64,000 nucleotides of DNA from Flaccisagitta enflata (lineage: Eukaryota): assembly GCA_965153355.1 (NCBI GenBank), contig OZ231126.1, positions 2,046,001 to 2,110,000 of the forward strand, read 5' to 3'. Below are positions 33,223 to 48,634 of this stretch, piece by piece (the stretch's first letter is position 1; every line of letters starts with the position of its first letter). The position numbers and the translations under genes were made by a program. A model generated the notes under the pieces. The model saw nothing but the letters and a program-made list of their open reading frames with translations. It was not told the DNA's origin and did not search any database.

Positions 33223-34458
33223 ATCACGAAATTCGTGCTTAAGTTAGAATTATTTTCACTGAAGCGCACCCTAGTGCTTCAGTGGAATGAAAAATAACTA
33301 GTGTCTTTTGCAATTTGAGCTTCAGTGGAATTGGAAGGAACTTATTTTGTCACAGTAGAAAAGATAGTTGAAGTAATTGCTTTAAATGCTTGTTTGAAGG
33401 AATCAAGGAATGCCCTTATTTCTTTCCATCTCTCCCTATTTCTTTTCATCTCATTCTTTTCTCCTTGAGAATTTTGATATCAAAAAGAAAACATTTCTTT
33501 TACATTTGCTTATTTTTCATCATTTTGGAAAAAAAAAAACGATGGCAAGTAAAAAAACTTATTTTCCTTCAAAAAAACAAAAATTGATAGGAGAAGAACA
33601 AGTATACAGTCTATGGACAAAACGACAATTGCAACTTTTGCTAATCAATGGTAGGATGCTAAGGTGTGATTTATTTTAATATGCAGGCTTACAACTGTCA
33701 TGTAAAAAATTGCTAAGGACTGAAGTAAACAAACAGAAGAACAATTACTACAGGGAGGCCATGTAAATTATTGAAATGAACTTTTTGAAAATTGAAAGCA
33801 TATGTTAGCATTGAGTCGCAGAGCTGGCCAAAAACAACAAGTTAAACAATAAGTTCAAAAATAAGTTCAACAACAACAATCAATTTGTAAGATTGACCTC
33901 CCTCTGGGCAGCTCTGCAACTTGATGCTAACATTTGCTTTCAATTCGTGAGAAGTTCTCTTAACAATTTTACATGACCTCTCTGTAGTAATTGTGCTTCT
34001 GTTAGTTTGTTTCAATCCTTAGTTATTTTCTACAAGGCAGTTATAAGCCTATATGATAAAAAAAATCACACAGCAGCATCTCACCAGTGATTAGCAAAAG
34101 TTGCGATTGTCGTTTTGTCCATAGACTGTATAGTAAATTATTTAAAGATAAAAGAAAGAGAAAAATTGAAATAAAAAATACAAAGATTATGATTTAGAAA
34201 ATGAAAAGAAAAAAAATTTTCTGAATTAAAAGAAATCAAATAAGTTTCTTGTTTCACTGAAATATTTGCAACCAATTGAGAGAAAAAAACCTTAGTGACT
34301 TCTTATTTCATTGCAGTATGAAAAGAGGTCAATTGCAGTATGAAAAGATGTCAAGAGTCAATCCACTGAAGCACGAATTCCAATTCCACTGAAGCACGAG
34401 GTCGTGCTTCAGTGGAATGGGCTTTGGCTAGCCTAATTCCCGGCCCAGAGTTCGTGAT
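33223..34458. mobile_element. Diverged, inverted second copy of the ATCAC/palindrome element
   Basis: TTA|ATCACGAA...TTCGTGAT|TCA; both ends align in reverse complement with 25076-26341, including the CACTGAAGC/GCTTCAGTG palindromes. Confidence 0.75.
33607..34128. mobile_element. Foldback MITE with TA TSD (Tc1/mariner-type)
   Basis: TA|CAGTCTATGGACAAAACGACAAT...ATTGTCGTTTTGTCCATAGACTG|TA; almost the whole element is an inverted repeat. Confidence 0.9.
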
Positions 34459-36114
34459 TCAATGGATAGGCCGTCGATATGTGTTAACTCAATGCGTTAG
34501 TAAAGTCGCATGGAATTAAGAAACACTCGTTTTGACAAGTTCCATTCCCCCACACCCATTCTCACCCCTGCACAGATGAATGGCTCCAAGGCCTTGATTA
34601 ACTTTTCTCTTTACTAATTTGCATTTTCGAGCTTCCATTCATCCCTGTAATCTTTTTCCTTTCCAGCGTCATCGATGGCGTATTTATTGCACTATCTTGC
34701 ATTCTTTACTGTGTTCCATTTATTGCACTATCTTTCATTCTTTGCTGTATTCTTTCTATCAGTTGCGTTCATAATCTTTTTTCCTCCTGACAGGGTAGTC
34801 GGTGGCATATTTATTTCACCATCTTCCGTTATTTGCTGCGCGTTGGTTCGATCAGTTGCATTTCTCATCTTCATACTCATAACCGGGTCATCGGTGGCGT
34901 ATTTATTGTACTATCTTCCATTCATTGCTATCTGTTGGTGCCATATGTGGCATTCAGAATCTGTTTTCTTCGTAACAGTGTTGTCGATGGCGTATCTATT
35001 GTACTATGTTTCATTGTTTGCTATGTGTTGGCGCCATTTGTTGCGTCGTCGCTGCCAAACTTCAGAATCACGAATCTGTTCGATCAGTCGTCGATTTTGA
35101 AGAGAAACACGACGCAGTCGATGTTTTCCGCTTCAACCTCATTTGCTGCCTCACTCACCTCATTCTAGGAATTCTGGTTTTACCATCGAAGGTGAAGATA
35201 GTTAGTTGCGTGCACGCGATTTGATAAACCGCTAAGTTGGTTCGTTGATCACTCCAACTGTCGGTCTGTCTTTTGGTGAGTTGGTGCGTCGGTAACATTT
35301 TGCTTTTCGGCTTTTATGGGCGATTTTTACGGCGCTGCGAGTGCCATGTTTCACTATTCTCATCTACCCACTTTAAAGCTAAGTCGATGTACTCAGATTT
35401 ATCACGTTCATTGGTTTCTTGTACCATTTGAGGTTAGAAGACATCTTCCAAAAACTTGTGATGATGGCATGATGCAAAACCTGAGCCTGGACACACCTCC
35501 TTTTTCATCATTAATCATTTGGAACGCTGAAGGAAAAATTTCCAGTTGCACAAATTCTATGTCTATGGAATATGAGGAGGGTGGCTGCAAACTGCACAGG
35601 TTGGGTACCATACTTAAGGGGGCGTAAAATGGGTCAAAAAGCTTAATAACATTTCGGATCTGAGCGCATCGACTCAATTTGAACCGGACTGATGTCTAAT
35701 CTTCACAGGAAATTGGCCATCGCCTTTTTGCGCCTTTGGTGATGATCTTCATCAGAAGCATGAAAGCGATTGCAATTGGATGCTGCAAAGGCAAATGCTG
35801 CAAAAGAAAATGCTGCAGAAGAAAATGCTGCGACGAGAAATTTCGCGAGAGCTGCATTGAGATGCTGGATGGATGGGCAAAACCGGATGGGTTGTCAGAA
35901 GAACTGACGGCTGAGGTTACAGATGGGGTAAGAGATGGGGTAACAGATGTGGAGAGAGATGGGGTGGTAGATGAGGTGGATGCGACAACGGGTGAGATGG
36001 GAGACGTCTTGGTTGATGAGATAAGGGACGTAGTGGCTGATGAGATGATAGACGTGGTGGTTGATGGGGCGATCATTGAGGTGTCCGATATCAATATTGA
36101 TGAGGAGACGTGCC

Positions 36115-36437
36115 CAGGGGTGTATATAGTTGAGCGGCTTTTGATTTTATTCCCCCCCCTGCCTTTGATTTTCTTCCCCGCGACGCGTCGCGTCGCATAA
36201 CAAAATCTTTGATTTTCTTCCCCTAAAAGCCATAAAACAGTATATTTTAGGTTCAAGTAGTGTTAAATTGTGTTGTAGTAATTGTATTTTACCTTCTGGT
36301 AGTACCAAAAGTGTTAAATCATCAAAAACTTTCTTTTTTCTTTTTTTCAAGCTTTTGATTTTCTTCCCTATCTCCAAACCCTTTGATTTTATTCCCCCCA
36401 CGGGGGGGGGGGGAATACTCAACTTTATACACCCCTG
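36115..36437. mobile_element. hAT-type MITE
   Basis: CAGGGGTGTATA...TATACACCCCTG with perfect 8-bp TSD GACGTGCC. Confidence 0.92.
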
Positions 36438-37333
36438 GACGTGCCATTAGACATGGAAAATGGTTATTAGTATCAAAATTGTCAAACTGGTTATGGATGA
36501 AAACGTAATAGACTATTTCTAATAGAGCATCGAGACGAAGGGGATGCAAGGAAACTTTTTCAAGAAAGAGCGTCCTATCCTTAAGACTAGAGCAAAAACA
36601 CCAAGATGACGTTAAAAGAAGGTAGAAGCTGAATAATCTTAATCTTTTCCCTTGTCCTGCGTCATTGCTTTGTGCAATCGTCTATCACCAATTTCTTTCA
36701 CTATCGGGCAATGGGTTGTTTCGCCATACTTGATTGATGAATATAATACAGTGTTTTTTTACTTCAGTTGTCAGTTAAGAAAAAGATATTGTTTAGCTTT
36801 GAAAAGAGGTTAATGAGATATAGCAACCAAAATTTGAATAGCTACCGCAATGTGAAATGCGGATGACAAAAAATGGACAAAAAATGGAGGAATGTAGGAA
36901 AGGTAGAAGGCTGAAATGCGTTTCCTAGATTACAAATATGACTGTCATATTAGATATGTATCGAATTTGCGTAGACAACTACAAGTCAAAAATCGTGTTA
37001 TTGATTGACCAATGAAAAAGGGACAAACAAGTTATGGAAGAGGGACTTCCTTGAAATTGAAAGGTGACGGAAAAATCCGGGAATCAGTTAATAGCAAGGA
37101 GGCAACATAGGAAATGGAGATCGGAATTTAGACCGGATTTGAGATCTGAATCAAGATCCGTGCTTTTTTGAAGCACGCTAAGGTTAACTAGGATATCAAC
37201 ATGGCACTAAGATGCCCATCGATTGTATTAATTGTTTTGAATTATTTCATTATGATCAAACGAAAACCCATTCTTTATTGATTGACATTTTGTTTTGCTT
37301 TATTTCTTTATAGTTCATTCATTCATCATTTTA

Positions 37334-38094
<761 letters not shown>

Positions 38095-38649
38095 GCAGAC
38101 AGATAGACAGATGGTCATACAGACAGACAGACAAGAAAACCGAAATGGATCATCATTAATGTCATGTCTTTTTTTGACAAAATCCTTTTTATGATCAATT
38201 CAGTAAAAAACGGTCAAAATGAGTTACAAGAAGAAACCTGGCGGTGCAGCGCAGAAAACGTATCTGACCCGCGTGTTGCTGCACGACAACGTCTCGCAGA
38301 AGCAGCTGCTCGATACGCGGCTCACGTCCATTGCCACGCAGCAACGGAGATCGGGTCGAATGTGGGACAACCATAAAAAGGCGTTTGTCAACAAACAATA
38401 CAGGTCGATAAAGATATCGAAGAACGATTTTGAGTATTGTTTATTGTTAATACGCCGCAACCGTTATCTGACTCGTTGGCAACTGTAGGATAACCTTAAA
38501 AAAGATTTATCTCATGAAAACAAGCCCAGGGGGGCAACTCGATGCGTCATCTGCGTGATATCAGAAGAGGAGGCATGGACAGCCTGTGGCCAGCCCAAAT
38601 CCAGCCCAAATCCAGCCCAAATCCAGCCAAGAACCTTTTATCTGCTTCA

Positions 38650-39690
38650 GCACTACTCCAGCTCCCGCTAGTTCCTCTCCCGCGGCTCCTGCTTAGCTTA
38701 TTCCCTTACTGCTGCTCCCACTAATTCCTCTCCCGCTGCTTCTGCTCCCGCAGCTCCTGTTTCAGTAGCTCCCGCTCCCGCAACTCCAGCTCCATCAACT
38801 CCCGCCTCCGCTCCCGCCCCCGTTCCGCAGTCGCAACTCCCGCTTCCGCAACTCCTCCTGCTCCTCTCGCTCCAGTACCTTCCGCTCCCGCTCCTCCCAC
38901 TTCTGCTCCTCCCTCTCCAGCTCCTCCCACTCCCGCGACTCCTGCTCCTACTCCTCCCGCACCCGCAACTCCCGCTCTTGCTCCTCCTCTAGCTCCTTTA
39001 CCTTCTGCTCCTCCCGCTCCCGCTCCTCCCGCTACTGCAACTCTCGCTCCTGCAACTCCCACTCCTACTACTCCCTCTCCCGCTCCTCCCGCTCCCGCTC
39101 CTCCCGCACCCACAACTCCCACTCCAGCAACTCCCGCTCCAGCAACTCCCACTTCCGTAACTCCCGCTCCTTCTGCTCCTCTCGCTCCAGTACCTCCCGC
39201 TCCTCCCGCTCCCGCTCCTCCCACTTCTGCTCCTCCCTCTCCCGCTCCTCCCGCTCCCGCAACTCCTGCTCCTACTCCTCCTGCACCCGCAACTCTTACT
39301 CTTGCTCCTCCTCCAGCTCCTTTACCTTCTGCTCCTCCCGCTCCCGCTCCTCCCGCTCCTGAAACTCTCGCTCCTGCAACTCCTATTCCTACTCCTCCCT
39401 CTCCCGCTCCTGCTCCTCCTGCATCCACAACTCCCACCCAGCAACTCCTGCCTCGCAACTCCTGCTCCTCCTGCTCTTGCTCTGGTACTCCTGCTCCTCC
39501 CCGCTTGCTCCTCCTGCTCCAGAAACTCCTGCTCCGGTATCTCCCACTCCCGCTCCTCCCAATCCCGCAACTCCCGCTACCCCCGCTTTAGCCAACTTCA
39601 ACTCCCGCTTCCGCAGCTTCCGCCCTCCACTTCCTCTGCATCAACTTCCCCCTCTCCCGCTTATTCCTCTCCCACCACCTCCGCCTATTC
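38650..39690 (+). repeat. GC-rich triplet-built minisatellite (CTCCCG/CTCCTG/CAACT units)
   Basis: Pyrimidine-rich strand with internal duplicated blocks; related array in opposite orientation at 44328-44920. Confidence 0.85.
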
Positions 39691-39965
39691 CATCCCCTGT
39701 TGTTGTTGTTGTTGCTGTTGTCATGTTGAATAACTCTCAATAGTCGGGCTCTCTCTGAAGAAAGGCGATCGATTATCGATGATCTATATCGATGGTGGCG
39801 ATGATGGTGTGACAAATTCCAAGTCTATAAACATTTTTCTTTGTTCTCACTCGGGACTGGGATCGAGGGATCGAAGGGTACTAGTTTAAACTAGATGTTA
39901 AATAAAAGTGAGGTAATGTTAACTTGTAAATAGACTCATAATGATTTGGTTGCTGATGGTAGTAA

Positions 39966-40056
<91 letters not shown>

Positions 40057-43000
40057 GACCATCGTCACTAGAAAAAAAAGTGTTAAGATGAAGTTAGTTA
40101 TTTTCAATGTTAGTTATTTGTGGTTTAAAGTATTCAAATTACATTTACTTCCTCAAACCAATTCAAAAAGTATTCTTTCCTTTTTCTCAAAACATCGAGT
40201 GCCATCAACATGACATCATAATCATTCTTAGTTTAATATTTGATGACTTTATAAGATATTTGAGATACTACGGCATTTAAGCAAAGCAGATAGATTTGTA
40301 TGAAGGCATCCTAAAGGCTTATTTGGCCAAAGCTGTCATTTCCTGCGCTGCTGTTACTCACGCTGCAGCTGCGGCGCTTATCATTCCAGTAATCCGCCAC
40401 TGTTTCTTGTCTTTCTTATCTACTCAATCTGTTCAAATTTTTGCCCCTGTACCACGCGAATACAGAAGAGAAGAAGCACTTCTTTACTTATAAAACAGAA
40501 AAAAAAAATATTCCAATAATTATCAGTTGAGTCATTTTTAAAGATCTTGTCAAATCTGTTATTCTAGACCAACTCCAGGTCTGTATCTCAAACGGTTAAG
40601 AAACTAGAGCTCTGCAAAGAGAAGCACTATTTAGTTAAAATGCATTTTTTTCATAGTATAGGGATTGCAAAACTGAAATAGGCAACATATTTACTCAAAC
40701 TAGTGCCATTCCTAAACAAAAAGAGCTTTAAAATAATCTAAGGTTTTAATTAGTTTCTTAAAATTGTATGGCTAAATGAGCTATTTGGAAGTGCGTTTTT
40801 TTTGTTTTTTCTTTTCATATGACCTCTTCTGGTGAAATGACTTTGGTGGAAATGAGCCCTGTAGCTTTTTTTGGTGCAAATTTTGATGGTGTGGCGTTTT
40901 ATTGATGAACACAAAGTGCCATTAACAACGACAGCTGCAGAATATTCATCAATTGGTTTTAAGGCGAGTTGCAATCAAGGCATTTATTTCCGGTGAAACC
41001 AAGCAGAGGGGGGGGGACTTAATTATATGCAGGCCGGTAATTTGACTCGATCACCTGTATGGACCAATGAACAGACGGACCCAAGGATAGACAGACGGAC
41101 AAAGCCTCTTATAGAGATGCGTGTCGGCAACTAAAGACTAAAACATTTTAAGGGCAATATAGTGCTTCTCTTTGCACTCTTTCTCTTCTAAACCGTATAA
41201 AATATAGACCAAGGACTGATCTAGATTGAAAGATTTTAAATTTTTTTTAAAATTGTCTCTAGTACCAAATCATAAATACTGATTATTAAAACACAATTTA
41301 CCAATATTCAAACCTTAACTACACTGTTTTAGCGCGTGTTTCTAGTGAAGATGAAAAACGCGTTTGTTCCTGTGAAACGCAATCACAGCGTGAACACATA
41401 TTCAAGAATTTCACTGTCCCACAAGGGAGTGAGCAAAGTGAGTGAGCGAGCCCGTGAACGGAGTGAGCTAGCAAAGCGAGCGCGATGAAGCGGAGCGAGT
41501 GAGCGGAATCAGCGGTGCGAGCGAATGAACATAGCGAGCTACAGAGTGGCCCATTCAGAACGCGATTGTCTCTGACTAGAAACGCCCCCTTACTAACTTA
41601 TGGGGAAGATTTTGAAACATGATGCGTTGCTTCACGGGGAAGATAATCAAAGGGGGGGGGGGAATCAAAAGTAACTCAAATTTATACACCCCTGAGTCGA
41701 AAAGTAAAAAAATGAGCATTCTAGATACTTTTTGAGCATGTTTGTTTATGGAGTTAAGTTTGGAGTGTGGATGAGGGTTGGATGCCCCTGCCCACCCATC
41801 TGCAACGATATAGTGAACCCGCGTCACTTGTTACATAGCAATTGCGAAACTCAAATGGACCATGTCTTCACTCAAACTAAATCATTTCTAAAACAAACAA
41901 GGCCGGATACATCGCTACTCCAGTCGTGTGCGGGTGGGCAGGAGCCATATTTGAGGCCACGAGGCCATTTGGGCAGGGGCAGTGAGGTCATACTACAAGA
42001 TTCATAAAAAATAAAATGTGAACGACAAACTTACAGACTCTGATCGACCAATGGACAAAGCGGGGTGTAGATTTGCGTAGCACGCGACTAAATAACAAGG
42101 CCGGATACACGTCTGCCCCAGTCGCATGCAGAAATTCACTAGGCAGGAGCAATGTGGTAAAAAAATATAATTCATGAATAAAGTAAAATTGTTACTGACA
42201 GAACAACAAACTGACCAACTGACCGACCGATGGAAGGACGGACAAAGTTTTTCTTAAATTCATAGGTAAAATTAGCCTTTCAAAAGAGTTTCTTTTTTGT
42301 TTTTTTGTTTTGTTTTTTTTTTTTTGTTGTATGGCAAATTGGCAAGTTACCAGAAATTCTAAAATTTCTAGTGGTGAAAGATTGACACCATAAGGGAACT
42401 TCAACGCCATGTATCTTCAATTCTCACGAAATGACTAAAGTCTTTGTTTTCACCCTGATTTTATTCTTTTTAGATTTGGAATTACAATGATCTACGACCG
42501 TTTCTTTCCTTTTCTCCAGAATTTTCGTTTATGACCTCAAGAAAGGCCATATCGCTCATTTCTTCATTGAGTTTTCAGGGCTGGATTGATTTTTAAGCTG
42601 CTACGTCATTCTTTCGTATAGCGCAGCCATTCCTTCCTTTGGTCGTGATTGAATATGTTACGTCAGTCCTTTGTTCACTTATTTGCAAACATAGAAGTGC
42701 TATATCTAAGTGCGCTTACGCACCTCAATAACCGGTCTTGTTTGTCCGTTGGTTGAACGGTCAGTTGGTTGGTCCGTCACGCAAATGTTTGACAATCCAC
42801 ACAACGCACCAATTGGCCTATATGGCCGATATTTGAGGGCGTTGTTCTCATCCTTAACTACCAATTTCAATCGGCGTATTTTTAGATACATCCTCGCTCC
42901 TCTATGACATGTCCGTTTGTTGGTCACACAAACATCCGACTTCCAAAATCTGAGGTTCTGTCAACAGAAAAGCAGTCAGCCTCTTAATTCTTTCGTACAT

Positions 43001-44327
43001 TTGATCATTCTTTCAATCATTCAAGCATTAGTTTATTCATTCATTCGTTCATTTATTAGTTCATTCATTCATTCATTCATTCATTCATTCATTCATTCAT
43101 TCATTCATTCATTCATACATTCATTCATTCATTCATTGATTCATTCATTCAATTATTCATTCATTCATAGAATCGTTCATTCATAAGAAACGTTCTTAAA
43201 ATGAAAAAAAGGGTTATAAAGAAAAAAAGAATATTTTTCCGTTTTATTTTCGGTTTTCTCAAATCTCGATAAGCATGAGCTGTAACATGGGATTTTTCAT
43301 AAACGAAAATTCCGCTTCCAAACGAAAAATCCATTGTAATTCGCACTCGATTCAGGGTGTTTTCCGTTCTCTCTCTGCATACCCTTTCTTACATCCATTA
43401 CCTCATCTTTCCTTTGATTTTCTTTTGTTTGTTTGTTTGTTTGTTTGTTTGTTTGTTTGCTTCTTTGTTTCTTTCTTTTTTTCTTCTTTTTTTCTTTCTG
43501 TTTTTCTTCTTTTTTTCTTTTTTTCTTTTTTTCTTTTTTTTTTTTTCTTTTTTTCTTTTTTTCTTTTTTTCTTTTTTTCTTTTTTTCTTTTTTTCTTTTT
43601 TTCTTTTTTTCTTTTTTTCTTTTTTTCTTTTTTTCTTTTTTTCTTTTTTTCTTTTTTTCTTTTTTTCTTTTTTTCTTTTTTTCTTTTTTTCTTTTTTTCT
43701 TTTTTTCTTTTTTTCTTTTTTTCTTTTTTTCTTTTTTTCTTTTTTTCTTTTTTTCTTTCTTTCTTTTTTTCTTTTTATCTTTTTTTCTTTTTTTTTCTTT
43801 TTTTCTTTCTTTCTTTCTTTCTTTCTGTTTTCCATTTCTACTTCCTAGTTTTTTCCCCGTTTCCCTTCTTTTTTTTATGTCTTCCTTTCTCTCTTTTTTT
43901 CTTTCCATTGTTTTCTTTCTTTCATCATTTCCATTTTTCGTCCTTCACCTAATCCTTTTCTCTCTCTTCCTATTTTCCTTGTTCTCTCTGTTAGTTTCTT
44001 TGTCTTTTTTCTCTTTTTTTTTCGTCGTTTCTCATTTTCTTCTTTTTTTCTCTCTCTTTTTAGTCGCTGCCTAGCGACTCTATAAGAGGGTGTGTCCCTT
44101 GGTAGGTCTGTCTGTCTGAATGTCTGTCTGAATGAAATAGGAAAATTTTGATGACGCCAAATCGACTGAAAAACGGATTTCTGACCATCACAGCTCCTGC
44201 CTGGCGTCAATACAGCCCGCGCCCAATTACATACCGCCCCTGCCCACCCGCATTACTGCCCCTGCCCACCAGCAGCGACTACGGATTGGCCGTGTATCCG
44301 GCCTTGTTTGATTTCACAAAAGTTTGG

Positions 44328-44920
44328 AGAGCGGGAAATGCGGGAGCGGGAGTTGCGGAAGCGGGAGCTGCGGGTGCGAGAGGAGCGGGAGCGGGAGAAG
44401 CGGGAGTTGCAGAAGAGGGAGGAGCGGGAGTTGCGGGAGCGGGAGGAGCGGGAGTTGCGGGAGTTGCGGGAGCGGGAGTTGCGGGAGCGGGAGGAGCGGG
44501 AGTTGCGGGAGCGGGAGGAGCGGGAGTTGCGGGAGCGGGAGGAGCAGGAGGAGCGGGAGTTGCGGGAGCAGGAGGAGTGGGAGTTACGGGAGCGGGAGGA
44601 GCGGGAGTTGCGGGAGCGGGATTGGCGGAATAGCCGGATGGGCGGAATAGCCGGATGAGCGGAATAGCGGGAGGGCAGAAGTAGCAGCAGTGGGGGAGAG
44701 CAGGATTGGCGGGAGAGTTGAAAAGTGCGAGAGGTTGAAGATTGGGAGTAGCAGGAAAGAGGAAGTTGCAGAACAGGCGGGAATTACAGAAGAGGAGTCT
44801 GGGGAGTGGCAAGAGAGAAGTTAGAGGAAATAAGTGGCGAGGAATGGACCGGGAAGAAAGGAGTCGAAAGCCAGAAGTGGCTGGAGAGATAGCCGGGAGT
44901 GAAAGTCTAGCGGGAGTAGC
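44328..44920 (-). repeat. Second, inverted copy of the GCGGGAG/GGAGTT minisatellite family
   Basis: GCGGGAGTTGCGGGAGCGGGAGGA 24-nt units, decaying rightwards. Confidence 0.85.
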
Positions 44921-45667
44921 ATATTGCCGCATTGGTTACACCTAAAAATTTGGGTAGGCCACAAACTGACCAAGGGTGCAGAAGAGGCGTTACGGATGGA
45001 CGGACGGACCTGACGGACGATGGGCGGACAGACAGACAGACAGACAGACAGACATACAGACAGACAGACAGACAGACGGACGGACGGTCAGAAAGAAGGA
45101 AGGAAGGAAGGAGGGAAGGAAGGAAGGAAGGACGGATGGACAGACGGACAGAAGGATGGACGGACGGACGGGCGGACAGACAAACCCTGTTATAGAGATG
45201 CGATGACGGATCTAATCCTTCATCTGCATACACAAAAAAATTGAGGGGGAATTCTTACAATTAGCTCTCTGCGCTCTGCGCTCGACCCTTCGTCATGCGA
45301 ATAACAGTTACTTCAAATCGTGAAACAATATGTACAGGTCTCATTTGTGAGCGAGTTCCGGTCCGCGATCAACTTACCATCAAAGACTAAACATGCAAAC
45401 ATGAGCAGTTAAATTCCCCTTTTGTTTGTAGGAAGCATCAAAAGTTTCGCGGTTTGGCCGTCGACGCCGACGCTGTTTGCCTCGTCTCTGCTACGCTTCA
45501 AAGGGCAAGTTGAAATTTGTTTGTTTGTTTGTTTGTTTGTTTGTTTGTTTGTTTGTTTGTTTGTGTTTGTTTGTTTGTTTAATTGTTTGCTTGTTTGTTT
45601 GTTTGTTTGTTTGTTTGTTTGTTTGTTTGTTTGTTTGTTTCTTTTTTTCTTTGTTTCTTTCTTTTTT

Positions 45668-45755
<88 letters not shown>

Positions 45756-45833
45756 TTTTTTCGTTCTTTCTTTCTTTCTTTCTTTATTTCTTTCTTTCTT
45801 GTTTTCTTTCTTGCTTTCTTTCTTTCTTTCTTT

Positions 45834-45900
<67 letters not shown>

Positions 45901-46395
45901 TCTTTCCTTCATTCATTTATTCAATCATTCATCCATTCATTCCTTCATTCATTCATTCATTTATTCTTTCTTTTTTTTCTTTCTTATAAATGACTCTTTC
46001 TTTGTGCGTTTCTTTGTTTATTCGTTTTTCTGCTGCTTTCCCCCGCCCCCTTTGCTCTGTCTCTCTCTCATTCTGTCTTCCTTTTTTGCAGGAAGCTATA
46101 TCCAAGTGTAGTAGTATACCCCAAGCATCTCACTTAATCCAGATTTCGTTAGTAAAATTTAGTGAAACAAAATTCTCGCCTTTTTGTTCCATTGTACATT
46201 CAAGAAAGCTGATTTCATTTATCCTGATATGACTGATCAAGATCCGAGTATTAAATCGTGACTGCTTTCTTCAGAGTAGCCAGTAGCCACCATCATCTAG
46301 TTGCTAATTACTCTTGAAATTATTCTGTTGATCAAATTCATCGCATTTATTCAAGCAAACACATCCAAGTGAATCAACTAACCTCGTTCTTGTAG

Positions 46396-46518
46396 GAATA
46401 TTCTGTGATTGACACCGAAATGGAGAGACCCACGACTCCATGCAATAGCAGTTGTGCTGAATTGCCTAGTTTGCCAGTCCTGCCCGCAATTCCAGATTCC
46501 AAAAATTTAACCGAAAGA
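46396..46518 (+). other. Isolated candidate coding exon (41 codons)
   Basis: ttcttgtAG|...|GTAAGT with an open phase 0-0 frame EYSVIDTEMERPTTPC...KNLTER; no partner exons or homology established. Confidence 0.25.
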
Positions 46519-47140
46519 GTAAGTCTGTTTAGTTGATTTAAAACGCTTCATTTACATAACGTTTTTTGATCATTTGTAACTGTGATTTTGAAAGAGTAAT
46601 CTTTCTAATCCCCTATTGATCAATGATCATGTTGTCTGTAACTCGTTTCACAGCGTTGATAACAAACAGGCCTGACTAATGACAGAATATCCTAATCAGG
46701 AGTAAAAACCTAACCTATTTAACACTTTTGTTTAATGAATAATGAATTTTAATGATCCCTTTCTTTTTCGTCATGTATGTATAACAGTTTCAACTAAAAA
46801 ACATTGATTCCTTCCGTCTTAATTTACTATTCATTAACCATTTGGCGCCAAACAGGATTATGGTCTGATGCTTCCTTTAATGCAAGACTCTAACTTGAGT
46901 CTTCAGGTAATCAAGTTGAGATTGAAGTGCTAAAAACTGTAATGGACTGATTTTGTTTTGATTACGCTGCAAACTCAGGTTTATGGGGTTTTGGCATCTG
47001 TGATTGTTGTATGGAAAATTAAACTTAAGGTTTAAGGTGACGTGAGGGCAATGGGGTCATGTGTGTCAAATATTAGTGGTGACTGAGTTTGAGACCATAA
47101 CGCTGACTCAAGATGGGGCTATTGATTATAAAATGATCGC

Positions 47141-48172
47141 TATAAGTTACGCCCACGAGTTTCAACTGGCACTGTCTATGAGCGTCTATCTGACTGACGA
47201 CTTGTGGTGAAAGAAAGTTGGCCGATTGGAAAATAGGAAGGCGATCGTCTCGTTTATTCCATAAAAAGTTCAACAACTGAAGAGAGGGGGAAAAATGAAA
47301 GGGAAAGTGGGCATTAATTGTGATCAGCAAACGCAAAAGATAACATGAAATCGAGATAGGACACAATAAAGGACAGAAACAGCACATGACAACATGTTCA
47401 TCTTCTTCAGAGCCCATGCCACCTGATAATACCTGCCCCTGCCCCGGCCCATCCCATTAAATTCATCCATATCATCCCTATAGCAAGCTGATCGGGCAAG
47501 CGATAAAAACCATACTAAAATCCGGCGATAAAAATGCAAAAGGGCAAAAGACAAAATAACAGACCGGAGGACAAAATAAAAAACAACGATAATAAAAGCA
47601 AACACGCGTCTATAAAACTTACTTTTAGGCCCACTTTCGTTGGTTTCAACCCACAGTCTGTCGAAGTCAAATTAACGTTAATTGTCCGTTCATTAGTTTA
47701 TCTGCAATAAAAAGATGAGAGATTATTGAAATTAGTGAATTCCAAGGGCGCATTCAAACGATCACGAAAAATCAATCAATCACTTTAAGAAGCAATGCCG
47801 CAAATAAATAAAATCAATCAATCCAAAAATTGGATGATACGAAAGACGAGATACGTATGTTCGCCTACGTAATAAAAACAAATGGCACAAAATACAAGGC
47901 GCAACCATATGGTTACCCATCTAGCGTTCAATATAAAAAATGGCGAGAAACAAAAGACGCGGCATTGAATAATCGAAGAAGAGAAAAAGCCAAAAGCACG
48001 CAAAAGAGACAAAAGCACACATACCTAAGGACGGACGGACATACATTTCTAACATTCTGCCCCATTTTTGGAATTTCACGAATTTCAAAAATCCGACATC
48101 AAGTTTCCAGTCGGGGAAACCCTACTAAAAAACCGATACTACCTTCCTTAAAAAAAAATTTACATAGACACA
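47141..48172 (-). repeat. 3' LTR (~1.03 kb) of the left copy
   Basis: Minus strand reads GGGGGGAGGGGCGGGGGTT (PPT) then TGTGTCTATGTAA; similarity to the right copy stops at ...GGGCGTAACTTATA. Confidence 0.72.
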
Positions 48173-48634
48173 AACCCCCGCCCCTCCCCCCCCGTCCACC
48201 GCCTCTTACATCCCCACCCTAACTATCAACAGATCGACGACTGCACGAATGATGATTCCGTCCGGAAAGGATCACCAGCAATTTGCAACGATCAAACAAT
48301 GACGACGCGGATGGAGACGAGGCGGCGACGAGAGGTTGAGGCGCCCGGTCTGAAAAAAAGTTAAAGGGAAGGGGGGGGAAAGGGGAACGGCCCATGGAGC
48401 ACTCCAAGGCCTGGGATTTGACTTGAGAGTGGAAAATGATAAAGACACATTGTAACATGTCATACGAAAGTATTTATTCGTAATAATGACTAAAAAGACC
48501 ATGTCTAAAACAAACACAACAAATTTACATGTTCCATGGAACCAAACAAAACAAGACAAAATAAATAAGTTACTAACTATATATAAAAACGAATCTGTAA
48601 GGGAAAAACAAATTAGTAAGTATCATGGAACGAC

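Noticed and set aside
34675-36256. Hydrophobic ORF 34675-35100 and Ser/Thr-rich ORF 35696-36256
   Set aside because: They overlie degenerate repeats; the latter starts within a MITE and hits stops when the MITE is removed.
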